A DNA stretch of 64,000 nucleotides from the human T2T-CHM13v2.0 reference genome, Homo sapiens, in the NCBI RefSeq assembly GCF_009914755.1, contig NC_060926.1. The stretch is one strand, 5' to 3'. The notes under the pieces were generated by a model that saw only the letters and a program-made list of their open reading frames with translations, ran no database searches and had not been told where the DNA came from. Each line of letters begins with the position of its first letter. Within the stretch, counting starts at the first letter, position 1. This document shows positions 32,931 through 46,553 of this stretch, one piece after another. Both the position numbers and the translations under genes were made by a program.

Positions 32931-33904
32931 GGCCATCGTAGTTGAGTCTATGGTGTGGATGGACCTCCTCAGCACAGCGAGACGGACTCTCTGCCCTGTG
33001 TGACTGAGGGAGCCTGGGGAGCGTGTGGACCCCCTGCTCTCCTTCCAAGTTTTGCAATCCTGCACTTTCTGCTGCCCAGACACTGAAAGCTGTTGCTGCT
33101 TCTATTTTGGCCAGTTGCATAATCTTACATTTCTGTTCCCCTTCCTACCTTCTTTTAAAAATTATTATTCTAGATTGGTTTCAAATTGTGCCAGATTTGT
33201 TATAGTAACACAAATACTCCAGAGAATTTTGTCACATGTTCCTATAATTCAAGTAGTTACGTTACAGAGTTGTGTATGTAAAAAATGCTGCTATTGGCCA
33301 TGACAGTTCTTTGTAATTATGCAGATACACTAGGTACTTAGAAAATTATGCACTTTTATGGTCCCTAGTACAGTGCTTAATATGTTTTGTTTGTTTGTTT
33401 TATTGATGGAATGATCTGCATTAGTGGGGTGTAATCAGAAACCTAAACCACCACGTAAGCTTCCCCCATGTGGAAATAAAGTGTATGTGTGTCAGTGTGT
33501 GGGAGCATGCTGTGGGTTACACACCACAGGAGTGCCCAGCCTTATTCCTGGCTTGAGAGATTCTCAGTTCTCTTTTCTTTTGGTGATCTCTCTTCATTAC
33601 TTAAGAAAAACTACTAACCGTCTAATTTTGGTATGGTGAAAATCTTCTTCCTTCCATTAATTTTTAGTGGCATAAGTAAGCCAAGAATGGAATCTTCAGA
33701 ATAAGTAAAGCTGCACTAAAAGCTCAGGATGAAGTACTGGTTAAACCATTGCATCGCCAGATGCTTGGGGGATCTAGTTTCTCTTTGGGGTTTATGCAGC
33801 TGTTTATGCCACAGATTGGGACCTGCATTCTCTACATGGTACTGTCTTAGGTGCCATTCTCAGAAATCTCTTCCCTTAAGTCTCAACTCATGTGGTCAGA
33901 CCCA

Positions 33905-33983
33905 GAGGGTCACAGGACACCCCTACTGGCTTGGAGGGTCACAGGACACCCCTACTGACCCAGATTCAGAGGACATCCCTACT
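33905..33983. repeat. 29-bp tandem duplication (GAGGGTCACAGGACACCCCTACTG x2 plus a partial third copy)
   Basis: 33905-33928 is identical to 33934-33957. AGGACATCCCTACT at ~33970. Confidence 0.9.
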
Positions 33984-35570
33984 TCCAGACCACCTAAGTT
34001 CTGCTTTCTGATTTCTGGACATGGGGTAAGAATGACGGACCCCAAAATGATTGACGCTGGGCCTGCATTTGAGGAGGGAGCAGGTATTTATTAATTTAAA
34101 TATATTAATAATTTTGATGCTCTAAACACATCTAAGCTCACTGCACATGTAGCAGCTACCTTTGGAAACTTGAAAATGTTACATAAATGCAGAGTATTCT
34201 TGCATTGCATGTTGTAAAATCATAACTGGAAGCAGGCGTTTCTTAAGAGGAAGTCTAAGAGTATAGATGTCTCTGCTCTAGTTAACCTCATATTAGTATT
34301 TTGTAGATTATACAGGAGATTCTTAATTATTTGAAGCCTTACAAAATTGTGTAGTCTTCACGATTTAAGCCAACCATTGGAAAGTTTAAACAAAACAAAA
34401 CAAGCTAATCTTTCACTATTATGGTATTGTGTTGCTAGGGTTACATTAAGGTTTTATAAATATGTGTAAGAAAAAAGAATTATAGTCATTTCTCAAAATA
34501 GTCACTATTTTCATATGGAAACAAACATTTTATTATTTAAAATGCAATCCTGTTCTTCTATTAACTGTTATAAATGAATTATTCCTATTTTGGCTCTCGT
34601 TTTTTTTGTGTTGTTTTTTGATCATAGGTAGCTTTATAATATTATCATAAAACATGATTTGGTGACAATTGTGTCTGAGGAGAGACAGAGCAACATGTTC
34701 CCCAGGAATAATGATGCCGCCAATTTGGAATATTTTGTTGACTTCAGTTATTCACACCGCAGAAGTCTTCCACAATTATTTATAACTGAGATCGGACTTA
34801 GGGCTGGTGCTGCGTGGATTTTGCACCATTTGTTGTAAACGACTATTTCAGTTTGTTATTGAATGTGAATTGCCCTTGTAATTTTTGAAGTCACACAAAT
34901 GTCTATTTTCTCCTTTGCTTAGGACAGGAAAATTAAGTGATAAATATTAACCACACCTTAATAAAAGGCAAAATAACTATTCATTATGTCAACTATTTTA
35001 TAAATAAATAGACTATTCCATGATCAGGAATGGAAGGGGAGGCTATAATTTTCACCATACGTTACGTAGTATTTAATGGTCCACGCTTAGTGACAGCATA
35101 TTTGTGCTGTACTCTGCATGATCAGTGGCTGGGGCCTTTTTATTGCCTTGTCTCGGTGAATGGAGAGGGAAACAAAGACACAAGCAGACAAACTTCTCCA
35201 CCAGAGAAGCAGCTTTGTCAATTACTTCCACTTCTTGATTCGAAATAAGATGTTAAACAAGTGTTTGTTATTTACTGGATGCGTAAGCTCCAGGCAAGAT
35301 GAGGGAGAATGATGAATGAAACTCGTGGTCCCTGCCTTGAGGAATGGGGCTAGAGAGATGGGGTCTGTGCGTAAGAAATGTTGGAGAACGGGCAGGTGTA
35401 GGAGGATGTGGCTCATGATTGGGCCAGAGGGGCCTAGACAGTGGGTGCTGCTGAGGAAGGTGGGGACAGAGCAGACAGAGACACAGCTTTGGAGACAGAG
35501 CACGTGGAGCTTGACTTTGATGTGAGTGGGAATGTGGTAGGGAGTTGAGGTGGATTCTCTAAAAGGAGAG

Positions 35571-35932
35571 TGGATTTGTGTCCTGGGGCTGCAGTAGCAA
35601 AATACCACCAGCTGGGTGCCTTCAAACAGCAAGGATGCCTGGCCTCACAGGCACAGGGGACCAGGGGTTGGCAGAGCCGCGCCGTGTGCCAGCTTCTGGT
35701 GTTGCTCTGATCCTTGCATTCCTTGGCTTGTGGACGCCTCTCTCCCATCTCGGCCTCTGTGGTCACGTGGCCATCTCCTGTGTTTTTGTGTTTTCATGCT
35801 GTCCTCTTCCTTCTTATCAGACACCAGACATCGATTAGGGCCCACCCTACTTCCAAATAAGGTCATATTCTCAAATAAGGTGCTGGGGATTAGGACTTCA
35901 AGATATGTGGTGGACACAACCCAACCTGTAAC
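35571..35932 (-). mobile_element. MLT1C-type MaLR LTR with internal deletions
   Basis: CCTTGCATTCCTTGGCTTGTGGACG and CCAAATAAGGTCATATTC, ending CAACCTGTAACA. Confidence 0.8.
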
Positions 35933-38415
35933 AGGGGGAAAAGTGGAGGTGCTCAATGCAAATAGAGAATCTGGGGGACCAAATGTCAGGAAGAAGGAGG
36001 AAGAAGAGGTGAGAACAGGAGCTGATGCCACACGAGGGAGTCCTCAGACACTAGGCGAGGGCGTTTCAGTTTTACCCATTAGACCCGGAACCTGACAGTG
36101 AGAATGTAAGGCCTTAAAATGTGTAGGTTCCTGCTCCTGATTCTCAGAGCGGGGTCTGTTAATGTGCTTTTTTGAAGTGGCCAGAGAAGCTCTGCCCCTT
36201 TCTGGGTGTGGACAAGGGACACGACCACATGAAGACCACAGCGGCCACAGAAGCCGTCCCTGTAGGTTTACAGCTGTTCCCCTTTCTTCTAATTTTATAA
36301 GAGCTTTATTCGTGAATCAAAACACTTCTCCAGGTAGAAGTGCGTTGGAGGCCTTAGCCATTCATTTGGAAACAGAACCCAGCTTAGCAACTGTGCTGTT
36401 TTCTGGCCGAGTGTCACCTCCAAAAGAAAAATAAGGGAGAGAAGAAACCATAAGACCAAACACCCTTCCTCCCCAGGGCCTGTCACTAGTCAGGCTCATC
36501 TGGGATAATTCTCCCAAGAAGGGCTCCAACCTCACACTGTGGCCGCTCCATCAGCGGGGCACAGTCCTGTCCTCAGCGCCACATCCTGCAGGGCGTGGTG
36601 ACCCACCTTAGGGAAGATGTTGGTGATGAACATATTGGATGGAGCAGTAGGAACTTCATTTCAGCCTGGAGTGCCCTGGCACACTAGTGAGAGGCGAAAG
36701 CTGCCTTCTGTGGTCACAGTTGCCGTTTTGGTGCGACCTGACTGACTACAGAAGCTGTGCACCCAGTGGAGCTGGGCTTCCTCCCCACCATCCAATCGTA
36801 TGAAAGTGTGGCTCACACAAACCCAGAGCAGGTGCTTATTCCTATTTCGGACGGGCTCACTGCAGGACTGGGGTGCCGGGGCCCCACACCAACTCTTCCA
36901 AAGGCAGTAGAGCCAGCTGTGGAGGGGGCTCCAGTGTCTGATTTAATCCTCTACGATTTAGTTTCCATTTAGCTTTGAAATACTTATTAATTGTACAGTA
37001 TACACACATATAGCACCATGTTCATCTGTAAAGGGTACAGGGATAATTGGGATTATATTGTCATCATTGGGAATGGGTTGTGTTCCTGAGGGGATGGAGT
37101 GACAGGGTGAGCTCTTCAGCACACAGGCAGAAACAGTGTCAGGGTTTGTCTCCCTGGGGCATGTTTCGAGGAGTATAAAGTGCCAAGTTTATCTGTACTA
37201 TTTATTCCAATTAGGACTTTGGGCCCTTTAATCCCGTTCAGAGAGGTTTAGTCACAACAGGGAGGGACTCGGCTGGCCTGTCACTGATGTCTGGCTGAGT
37301 CTATAATGCAAACAGCAATATGACCTGGCTGGTTCCTGGTGGCACTATTAGGTACAGAAAATGGCAAATGAGATCAGTCGAGGGTTGGTGAAAGTGTTAG
37401 AACCTTGATGTGGCTGAGCCCACTGTTGTCCTGTGTGTGTGTTGAGGGGTGGGGTCCTGTGACTTCTCCATTGCCAGACACCTGCCACCATGGATGGCCC
37501 TGCACACCCATCGATACTGCTCAGCCCAGAACATTTTAGGCAAGAGCCAGGACAGTGCTTTGAACTTCTTCATCTTCCTCCTCCTCAGCAGCATTTGTCT
37601 GTATTTTGTCCCTTTTTAACAGGTCCCATTGTTTGGCCAGTGGGTGCTTTGGGAGACACATCTGAAGTGCCCATTCTCAGGAAGGCCTCTGGGATGGACC
37701 CTTCGTGAATGCATTTCTTTTTACAGGAGCCATCCTTTTAGACAGGATACAGGATTTGAGCTCCTCTAGGATTAGTTTTGGATGATGGGATTATTTAGAT
37801 CTCTGTGGAGATTTCTCAGTAGGTTGTGTACGTAATGCAGGCTTGACCATGGCTTCTTTGGGACATCTCCCGACCCAAGGCTGACCTTAGTCCAGGGTTA
37901 GGGCTCTATTAGTTGATTTTGGAAAGCATTCCAGGAAGCATTCTAGGGGCTGGGGAAGTAAGGCAGGGAGCAAAGTCAACAAGAGGCACTTTATGGAGCA
38001 GGTGATTGATGTAGGAGACGGGGCCTGGGTTGCCTCGTGGTCCTCTGAAAGCATACATGGGAGATGCTTAGAGCCAGGCCCTGAGGGCAAGGGCTGGGGG
38101 CTTCATCGGATGACTGTCCTCTCCTTAGTTGAGGGCTGCTTTGGGATGCAGCGCCGCACACCCTGCTGCTTCTCACCTGTCACTCAGAGTCCAGTAAGAG
38201 AAAAGCAGGGACTCATGGCACCATCGGAACTGTCTCCAGCTGACACCCAGGAACACCTGGGGAAGAAGGCAGAGCCCCCAGCCTGTCTGCTAAACAACTT
38301 CACTTCCTCAGGGAATCCTCTGGACACCATCCTCTCGTGTGCCGCCTTTGCCTTTCAGGGCTGACTTTGAGGTATCTTCTTCATGGGACTTGACATGGTT
38401 GCTGCCTTTCCTTTA

Positions 38416-38447
<32 letters not shown>

Positions 38448-38470
38448 TGTGCGCGCGTGCATGTGTGTGT
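38416..38470. repeat. (CT)n(GT)n(GC)n compound microsatellite
   Basis: Seen directly. The alternating purine-pyrimidine part is Z-DNA prone. Confidence 0.9.
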
Positions 38471-38574
38471 AGGGGATGAGTGTGCTGTGCAGAAAATTAA
38501 ATGTTGTCCGCTCTGAAGCCCACACCCTGGAGAGAACAGCACTCACATTTATCACCTTCCCGCTATGGACCAGG

Positions 38575-38750
38575 CGCTCGGTACTTTACTGACATGGTTA
38601 AGTACCAATCCTCACAATCACCTTATAAAGCAGATGTATGAGCCCACTGGGACTCAGAAAACTTAAGTGCCTTCCCCAAGGGTGCAAAGTGGGAAAGTGG
38701 TAGAGTCGGAGTTAGAACCCAGCTCCGTGTCACGCTGGGCCCATGCTCTT
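38575..38750 (-). mobile_element. MIR fragment
   Basis: AATCCTCACAATCACCTTAT...GGGACTCAGA...CCCAAGG...TTAGAACCCAG. Confidence 0.7.
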
Positions 38751-39264
38751 TCCGGCCTCCAAGGTTGCCAGCCCCTGGGGAGATGTGGGACTGGATTGCG
38801 GAAAAGGAAAGAGCTCTCAGCTCATTCTGACAGTAGCCAACAAAATCAACTTGATTTAAAATCTGTCCCTGGTTTCCACATTTTGTGGTAAATTGGATAT
38901 CAAATGTACACATTATTGAATTTCATGTTCTGAATGTTTAATTCTTCTCCAAGTGTCACATAATTAGCCATTTGTTATATAATTGTTTTCATTACTTACA
39001 TAAATTGTTTTCATTAGTGGCTCTAAATGGGTGAGTGACATTAATATGTAATAAATACAAATCATGCTGCAGCAAGGGAAGTCAGTAAGAAAAGAGGCAG
39101 CCCGGGGCTCGGGGTTAGGCTCCTAATATCATTCCCAGTCACTCCCCAGGGCACACAACTGGGGAATGCCCGGGAGGGGCATAGGGCCCCTCCTATTCCT
39201 TGCAAGAGGGGAGAAGATTTCCTACTGTAAGACATTCATCATCTCTGTCCCCAATAACTGCAGA

Positions 39265-39460
39265 GGTACTAATAGTTACCATTTTACACATCTTCAAGAA
39301 GTAAGGAACTTTATATACATTCTCCCATTTTCATTTAATCTATTTGATTCAACCATGAAGTGAACTGAGTCAGTCACCTGGTAATGTAAGGAACCCAGGT
39401 AGTACCTGGCAGAGCCTAGAATCAAATCCAGATCTGTCTGATTCCAAAGCCAATACCCAG
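39265..39460 (-). mobile_element. MIR fragment
   Basis: TCATTTAATCT...CAACCATGAAGT...GGCAGAGCCTAGAATCAAATCCAGATCTGTCTGATTCCAAAGCC. Confidence 0.75.
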
Positions 39461-39855
39461 TGCTCTCAGTGTTTATGTGGGAAACCAAGAGAATGGGTTT
39501 ATTACTGAGATTTTCATCCTGAGCAGCTCTGAGATTTAGAAGATGATACCTGTAACTGCAGAGCCCCCTACTCTGATACTTAGATGACCTCTCTGATGAT
39601 TTGTGCCACTACCTCCCATGATCTAACAATACAAGGAAGGGAAATGTTTGAAAACCTCCACTGTATTAAGAGTATTTATTATTCAAACTCTTCCAAGGAC
39701 CCAAGGATGTCCTGTGGGCCCTGGGGACCAGGGAAGAAGAATGTTGTCCCTTCCAGGTCGCCTGCAGTCCTTGCAGCTTCCTCTGTGGGAACACAATTGA
39801 AAAGGCAGGGAAACCCTTGCTTCATCAGGGCAGTGTTTGGGTCCAGAGTGAAGCC

Positions 39856-40432
39856 ACCCTCTTCCAGCTCTCAAGGCTCCATCGGGGACCCTCTTCCGGC
39901 TCTCAAGGCTGCATCGGGGACCCTCTTCCAGCTCTCAAGGCTGCATCGGGGACCCTCTTCCGGCTCTCAAGGCTGCATCGGGGACCCTCTTCCGGCTCTC
40001 AAGGCTCCATCGGGGACCCTCTTCCGGCTCTCAAGGCTCCATCGGGGACCCTCTTCCGGCTCTCAAGGCTCCATCGGGGACCCTCTTCCCGCTCTCAAGG
40101 CTCCATCGGGGACCCTCTTCCGGCTCTCAAGGCTCCATCGGGGACCCTCTTCCGGCTCTCAAGGCTCCATCGGGGAAGCTCTTCCCGCTCTCAAGGCTGC
40201 ATCGGGGACCCTCTTCCCGCTCTAAAAGCTCCATCGGGGACCCTATTCCTGCTCTCAAGGCTGCATCGGGGACCCTCTTCCGGCTCTCAAGGCTCCATCG
40301 GGGACCCTCTTCCCGCTCTCAAGGCTGCATCGGGGACCCTCTTCCAGCTCTCAAGGCTCCACCGGGGACCCTCTTCCGGTTCTCAAGGCTCCATCAGGGA
40401 CCCTCTTCCGGCTCTCAAGGCTGCATCAGGGA
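39856..40432. repeat. CpG-rich minisatellite, 32-bp unit ACCCTCTTCCGGCTCTCAAGGCTCCATCGGGG x ~18
   Basis: Exact 32-bp period with variant units (CTCC/CTGC; CCGG/CCAG/CCCG). Confidence 0.97.
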
Positions 40433-40647
40433 GAGCAGAACACACGTCCCAGGCTTCTGCTTGTTCCCGGCACGACCCCTGCCTCCCCCTCTCCCCTGTC
40501 AAATGCCACCATTATCTATTTGAGAACCATCAGGATCACTTCTCCTGTCCCTTGTCCTGTGTTATAAGCCACCTCAGAAAGCTGTTGTAGCTTTCCAGGG
40601 CATCTCTTTCCCCGTTAACTGTAATCCCCCTTTCTGACGCAGGACGC

Positions 40648-40800
40648 AGGCTGGTTCCATGGGCATCCTTCAAGGGCATGTGTAATGTGCAGTTTTAACT
40701 CAGAGCCCTGCACTCAGACCAAGGTCTGTTTTAATGTGCTGAAGTTGCCATCTTGAACTTCTTAATAATCTTTAACAAGGGATTTTCGTTTGTAGCTAGT
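40648..40800 (+). mobile_element. MER91A-like hAT-Tip100 DNA element
   Basis: CCCTGCACTCAGA...TTTAATG...TTGCCATCTTGAACTTCTTAATAAT...AACAAGGG. Confidence 0.65.
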
Positions 40801-41474
40801 TCTTTTCCGACCTTCAACTCTGACTTCTTCTCAATTCCTAAAACTCACACTGGGTGCCCCCTGGAATGTGTCATTTGCAAACTCTCTTACCCCTTCAACT
40901 CTCCCGCTTCTTTCTGTACAGTAGCCTTGTCCTGAAGGGCTCTGCTTCCCTGCAGCCTCCCTAAGTATTGGCTGTTTTCTCCCCATGCTCTTTCGCCATT
41001 GGCCTGGATGTTAATGGGGTTCATGTCATCCTGGCTCCCCACTGTACTTGCAGACCATTCTCTGTTCTTCCTTTCTAAAACTCCTAGGTATGAATCTCAC
41101 ATCATCCAGCCCATGCTCACTGTCATCTATAGATGCTGGGCTTACCACCCCCACCCTCATTCCTTAGGCTCCAGTACTCTGTTACTCTCTTCAACAGTGC
41201 TTGTTTGAATTGTTGCTGATTTCAAAATCTTTCCCAGAACTTCTTGCAATTCCTGGTCTTTTACCTCCTTGACTTCTTTGCCTCCTATTCGTCCTGCAAC
41301 CCATCTCAAGTGCTTGTACACAAGGTCACACCCCTGACTCTGCCATTGCCAATAACTTCAATGCCTTCATGGCATTGGTGTCTACTGTGAGGCCAGCTGA
41401 TGTTTTACCAGCTCAATCCTTCTGGTAACCTAACATCAGCAGTGCTTTCACTTACGTTCCTTGAACACTGTTTC

Positions 41475-41575
41475 TTATGTCTTATGTTATGTCATATATT
41501 TCATTACATATATATTACATTACATTATATATATATATTTCATTACATATATATATAACATTACGTTACATTAAT
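41475..41575. repeat. (TTACA)n/(TA)n simple repeat
   Basis: Seen directly in the sequence. Confidence 0.8.
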
Positions 41576-42227
41576 GATATCAAGCATGCCATTGCATTAA
41601 CCATAACTCTTTGCACATAACCATTTGCAAAGTCTCCTCTTCCGTCAGCTGTTCTCTGAATGCTTCTCTGCCTCCTCCGCCTGCCCGCAGGCAGCTTCCT
41701 TTTTGATCTGCTTTCCTCCATTCTTCTCAAGAATTGGCTGTTTTCTATTCCACACTCCTCTCTCGCCTACTTGGAATAATACCTACTTCCATGTCTGCTC
41801 ATACCTGCACCACACAATGGAATGTGCCTCTGGAAAAGCCAGCCACCTGCTGCCCCCTGCCTGTCAGTGGCACGGTGGCCACTGACCTGTGGTGGGGCCA
41901 CTGCACTGCTTGGTTGGATATTCTGAATTTCCTTAGTACATTTGCTTTCCTTCTATGTGATTTTTAAAATATCATTCTCTCTCTCAAACTATCTTTTCAG
42001 CTGATGACCATGCTTTCTATTTTAGTGAGAAACTAGTGGAAAATAGAGAACTTTCTCAGTCTTTTACCCTAACCCTAGCACAACGTGCCTGCTGGCATTG
42101 AGCCTATGCCCCATTCCCTGCCCTCCTTCCGTGACAGGGGGTGGGCTCTGCTGGCAGTGAAGACCACCCTCCTTGTGGGGCAAGCACCCAAGCTCTACCT
42201 GCCCTTTGAAGGACATTGCTTCAGCCA

Positions 42228-42570
42228 TCTTTTTTCTTTGCCTCCCTCCCTCCCTCCCTCCTTCCCACCTTCCCTCCTTCCCTTCTCTTCTTCCTTCATT
42301 CCTTCCTCTCCCTTCCTCCCTCCCTTTCTTCTTCTTTTTTTCCCTCTCTCTTTCTCCCTTTCTCTCCTTTCTCTTTCTTTCCTTTCTCTCTCCCTCCTTC
42401 CTCCCCCCTCCCTTCCTCCCCCCTCCCTTCCTCCCCCCTCCCTTCCTCCCCCCTCCCTTCCTCCCCCCTTCCTCCCTCCCTCCCTCCCTTGTTTCCTTTC
42501 TCTCCCTTTCCTTCTCTCTCTCTCTCTTTCTTTTCCGTATTTCTCTTCAGCATCAATTCTTCCCTCTTTA
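42228..42570. repeat. Polypyrimidine tract containing a 15-bp tandem CCTTCCTCCCCCCTC x ~5
   Basis: Seen directly. The 15-bp units span 42396-42470. Confidence 0.92.
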
Positions 42571-43372
42571 TAGGACCTTCCCTTCAGCACACAGACATAT
42601 TCCTTCTCTGACTCCATTTTCCCTCCTACCACTCCCATGTGTCTGTCCTTGTCTTTGTAGCAGTGCTTGTGGGCAGTTATGCACATGTGCGTTCTGCATC
42701 CTCTCCCTGAACTCCTTCTTGGACGCCTGAGCTGTGTAAGTCTTGGTTCCTGGTGACCTTCCTGTTGCCCACTTTTTGGTCTTTTCAGGTGACCCTGGCT
42801 CCAGCTTCCTCACTTCTGTCTCAGCCTCACTCCCTGTTCCTTCTCAGACTTCTCAGCTGCTTCTCATTTCCTTGGACTCTGAATGTTGAGTGACCCAGGA
42901 CTCTACCCTAGGGAATCTCTGCCTTTTGTACCTCAGTATCACAGCTTTCTATACCATTGCCCCCTGACAACTCCCAAGTGTATTTCCCCAGCCCAGATAT
43001 CTTCTCTGAGATCCCAAATCACACAGAAACTGCTTGCTGATCTCTCTGCTTGGCTACCTGAGAGCATCTCAAATCAGCTCCACCTGCATCTCAGTAAATA
43101 GCTTAATTCTTCCAGCTGCTCATGACAAAAATCCTGTAGTCATCTTTTTTTTCCACCTCTTTTTCTTTTACCCCATATTCAACGTGGCAGCAAACCCTAG
43201 TGGGTCTATCTTCCACACAGACACAGACTCAGACAGCCTACTCCCCACCTTAATTGCCACCACTGAGGTCCAATTTCCTGGATGGCAGTAGTGGCCTCAA
43301 AGTTGTTTTCCTTGGATTTTCTCATTTTTTCTTTCCTTACACTTTATTTTCAACTTGGCAGGCAGGGGGATC

Positions 43373-43689
43373 TTTTTATTTATTTATTTATTTATTTATT
43401 TTTTTGAGATAGAGTTTCACTTTGTCTCCCAGGATGGAGTAGAGTGGTGTGATCTCAGCTCACTGCAACCTTAGCCTCCCAGTTTCAAATGATTCTCCTG
43501 CCTCGGCCTTCCAGGTAGCTGGGATTACAGGCATGCAGCACCATGACTGGCTAATTTTTTTTTTTTTTTTTTAGTAGAGATAGGTTTCACCACGTTGGCC
43601 AGGCTTGTCACAAACTCCTGACCTCAAGTGATATGCCCGCCTTATCTTCCCAAGGTGCTGGGATTACAGGCGTGAGGCACCGCGCCCAG
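43373..43689 (-). mobile_element. AluSz-like with a (TTTA)n tail
   Basis: Full dimer. TSD GGGATC(T/C)TTT. Confidence 0.93.
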
Positions 43690-44175
43690 AAGGGATCCTT
43701 TCAAAACAAATTTTCACATCACTTTTCTGCTCATAACTCTGATAGCTTTCCATCTCACTCCAAGTCCAAGCTGACCTTATGAGAGTCACCTACGAGACCC
43801 TGCAAGGGTCCTTCCTTCCATCTTGGCTGACCTGCTTCAGGTCCAGGGGATGCCAGTGGCCTCCATCCTTTCCTGAACTCCCTCCAGCCTTTGCCCTGCC
43901 CTCTCCCTCCTGCCATGACTTTCTTCCTGCAGATACCTGCGGGTGTGCTACCTTGCTTCATTCAGGTCTCTGCTCAGATATATCTGTCACAGTTTCTATG
44001 GCTCTTAGCATCCTGTTTCTTCATTGCCCTCATCATTTGCTAAAGTAACAAATACCTTATGAATTTATCTTTGTTTCTCCCCTCACTAGAATGTGAACTT
44101 CATAAAGGCAGGAATTTTTATGTGTCTTCTTTATTTCTTTATTCCAGGACCTGGTCTATAGTGGGTGTTCGGAGA

Positions 44176-45730
44176 CTGCAGAGCACCACCATAACCCAGA
44201 AGGTATATAGGCCTTGTAGCCTAGGGACCGGGGTTCAAATCACACTCCAGAGCTAAGCTTTGGGTGTAATGCTTGGGTACTCTGTCCCACTGTTTTATCT
44301 TCCATAAAAGGTTATTATTTATTTCTCAGGGGTCACAACAATAAGATTGTCACTGCTTGTAAACATTGCAGAGATGCACAATTGCAATGTTTTCTAAATA
44401 AAAGCAAAAAGGGGCCAGTGAGCATGCAAAATCAGTGCCAAATCCATGTGCTAAACTGTATGCGCTTAACTCCTGGAAAGCTGCTTTTGGCCCATTTGTT
44501 CTCACTTAAAATCTTTAAAATTTCCAATGAGCTTGACCCCTTGCTTTCCTAGGCTACAACAACTGGAAGCAGATTGGGAGTGAGGAGGAAGTGGGCAGAG
44601 GATGTCTGGTGGCCTTGGTGACCAGCAGCTGAGGACCCATTGATACCCAGGTGGAGAGGGAGGTGCCGATTCTCCTGAATCACGAGAGCAAAGAAATCAC
44701 ACGTTCTGAGGCCACGAGCTGTCTGCTTTCACCGCGCCTCCCCTCTCATCAGTGTGGAAGAAAATCACCATATGCGTGAATGTGACAGCTGAGGCTCATG
44801 AAGACCTGAGTCAGGAGAAACAGGATAATACATATTTCAAATGTTCTCTTTCCTAAGCCCATTCCATGTGTAAAATGTTTTAGAAAGATTTCCATCCCAC
44901 ATAATTAATTTTTCTTAAGGCCTTGGTTTTTAAAGAGGTAAGCTTGCCAAATTTGGGCATTTCACTGACGGGGAATATATCTAATTCCCCGAAACCTAGG
45001 TAAATTCTTTCCTAAATGGTATATGATCCATTAAGGAGTTTCCCAACCGAGTTTAGGGAATAGATACAAACTACAAAGCATACCATTAAAGAGCAATTAA
45101 AGCACTAGCTCTGCCACAACTATCAGGAATAACAGGATAACTGAAGCAGAGGACCTCACGTGGGCTGGGACAGGTGGAAAAGATTCCAAGACAGCGCTGC
45201 ACAATCGCAAGCTCATTGCAGGCAGGGAGCTCCGCCTAGCCCTCTTTGCATCTCCTCTGAAATGCTTACCTTGCAGGAGGTACTCTGAAAATGCTTCCTG
45301 ACTGATGTCTGTAGGGGTGAGATTTGGTGGGAGAATAATACAGCTAATTGTGTATGTGCGAAAGGGTTTGGTGTGAAACAGAGTGACTTGATCTAGATGA
45401 ATGAAAAGCCGTGTGGGGGAATTGTGAGACATCCTTATTGCTATGTAGGCTGCAGCAGAGGATTGAAACAGCTGGTGGATAGGGCAGCGCTCCAGGATGT
45501 TGGCGTCCACGTGAGTTCCTGAGCTGAAGTCTGCAGAGCACCACCATGACCCGGAAGGCATACAGAACTTGGAGTGGAGGGATCAGGATTCAGAGCACGT
45601 TTCAGCGCTACACCGTAGGTGTATTGCCTGGCTTCTCTGTCCCACCATTTTATCTTCCATAAGCAGTTATTATTTACTTCTCGGGGACACAGCAATAAGA
45701 TCACCACTCCTTGTCAACATCGCAGAGGTG
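44176..45730 (+). repeat. Diverged ~200-bp direct duplication (44176-44376 / 45531-45730)
   Basis: Colinear shared blocks: CTGCAGAGCACCACCAT, CTCTGTCCCAC, TTTTATCTTCCATAA, GTTATTATTTA, CAATAAGAT. Confidence 0.85.
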
Positions 45731-46223
45731 TGCGAGAGTGTGTATGCACAGACATGTGCACCTACTGTGTACCATGCATGATCTTAAGCTGGTGAGTAAA
45801 GCATGTCATAATAGTGGCGTATTTTGAAAGGTTTTTCTGGCTGCAGAATGACAAGGCATGTAGGAAGGAATGAGGAAGAAAAAAATACTAAACTAAAAAG
45901 AAATTCCCTTCAACAGCACTTTGTGTTGCCAAATATTTGGTTATTTTACAGTTCTACCAAAATGAGCCGTAGAAACAAAGTTCTATTGAAATGACATCTA
46001 AATAATTTCTGAAGATTTATAGTTGCAGAAGAAGGTATGTAAATGTACACGTAAAAAATGTGTAATTATTAGTAAGAATCTGGCTTGGCCTAGCAATGTG
46101 GACTTATGGGATGCATTTCTACCCTTGCCTGGCAACCTGGACAATTAGGGAGACATAACTTAAAAATACTAGTATTCATCCACTGTATGTGTGGGGTCAT
46201 TACTGATCCAGAGTTACCTCTTA

Positions 46224-46553
<330 letters not shown>

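Larger units (their letters stand above)
41200..44170 (+). mobile_element. L2 (L2a/b) fragments, interrupted by simple repeats and an Alu
   Basis: GGTCACACCCCTGAC, TGACAACTCCCAAGTGTATTTCCCCAGCCCAG and CACTAGAATGTGAACTTCATAAAGGCAGGAA. Confidence 0.75.

Noticed and set aside
39584-40590. 213-aa and 257-aa ORFs
   Set aside because: They are produced by the stop-free 32-bp VNTR. The peptide is periodic, with no domain or splice support.
42085-42730. Pro/Leu/Ser-rich and Gly/Arg/Glu-rich ORFs (also 7071-7390 and 57516-58002)
   Set aside because: They are low-complexity repeat artefacts.
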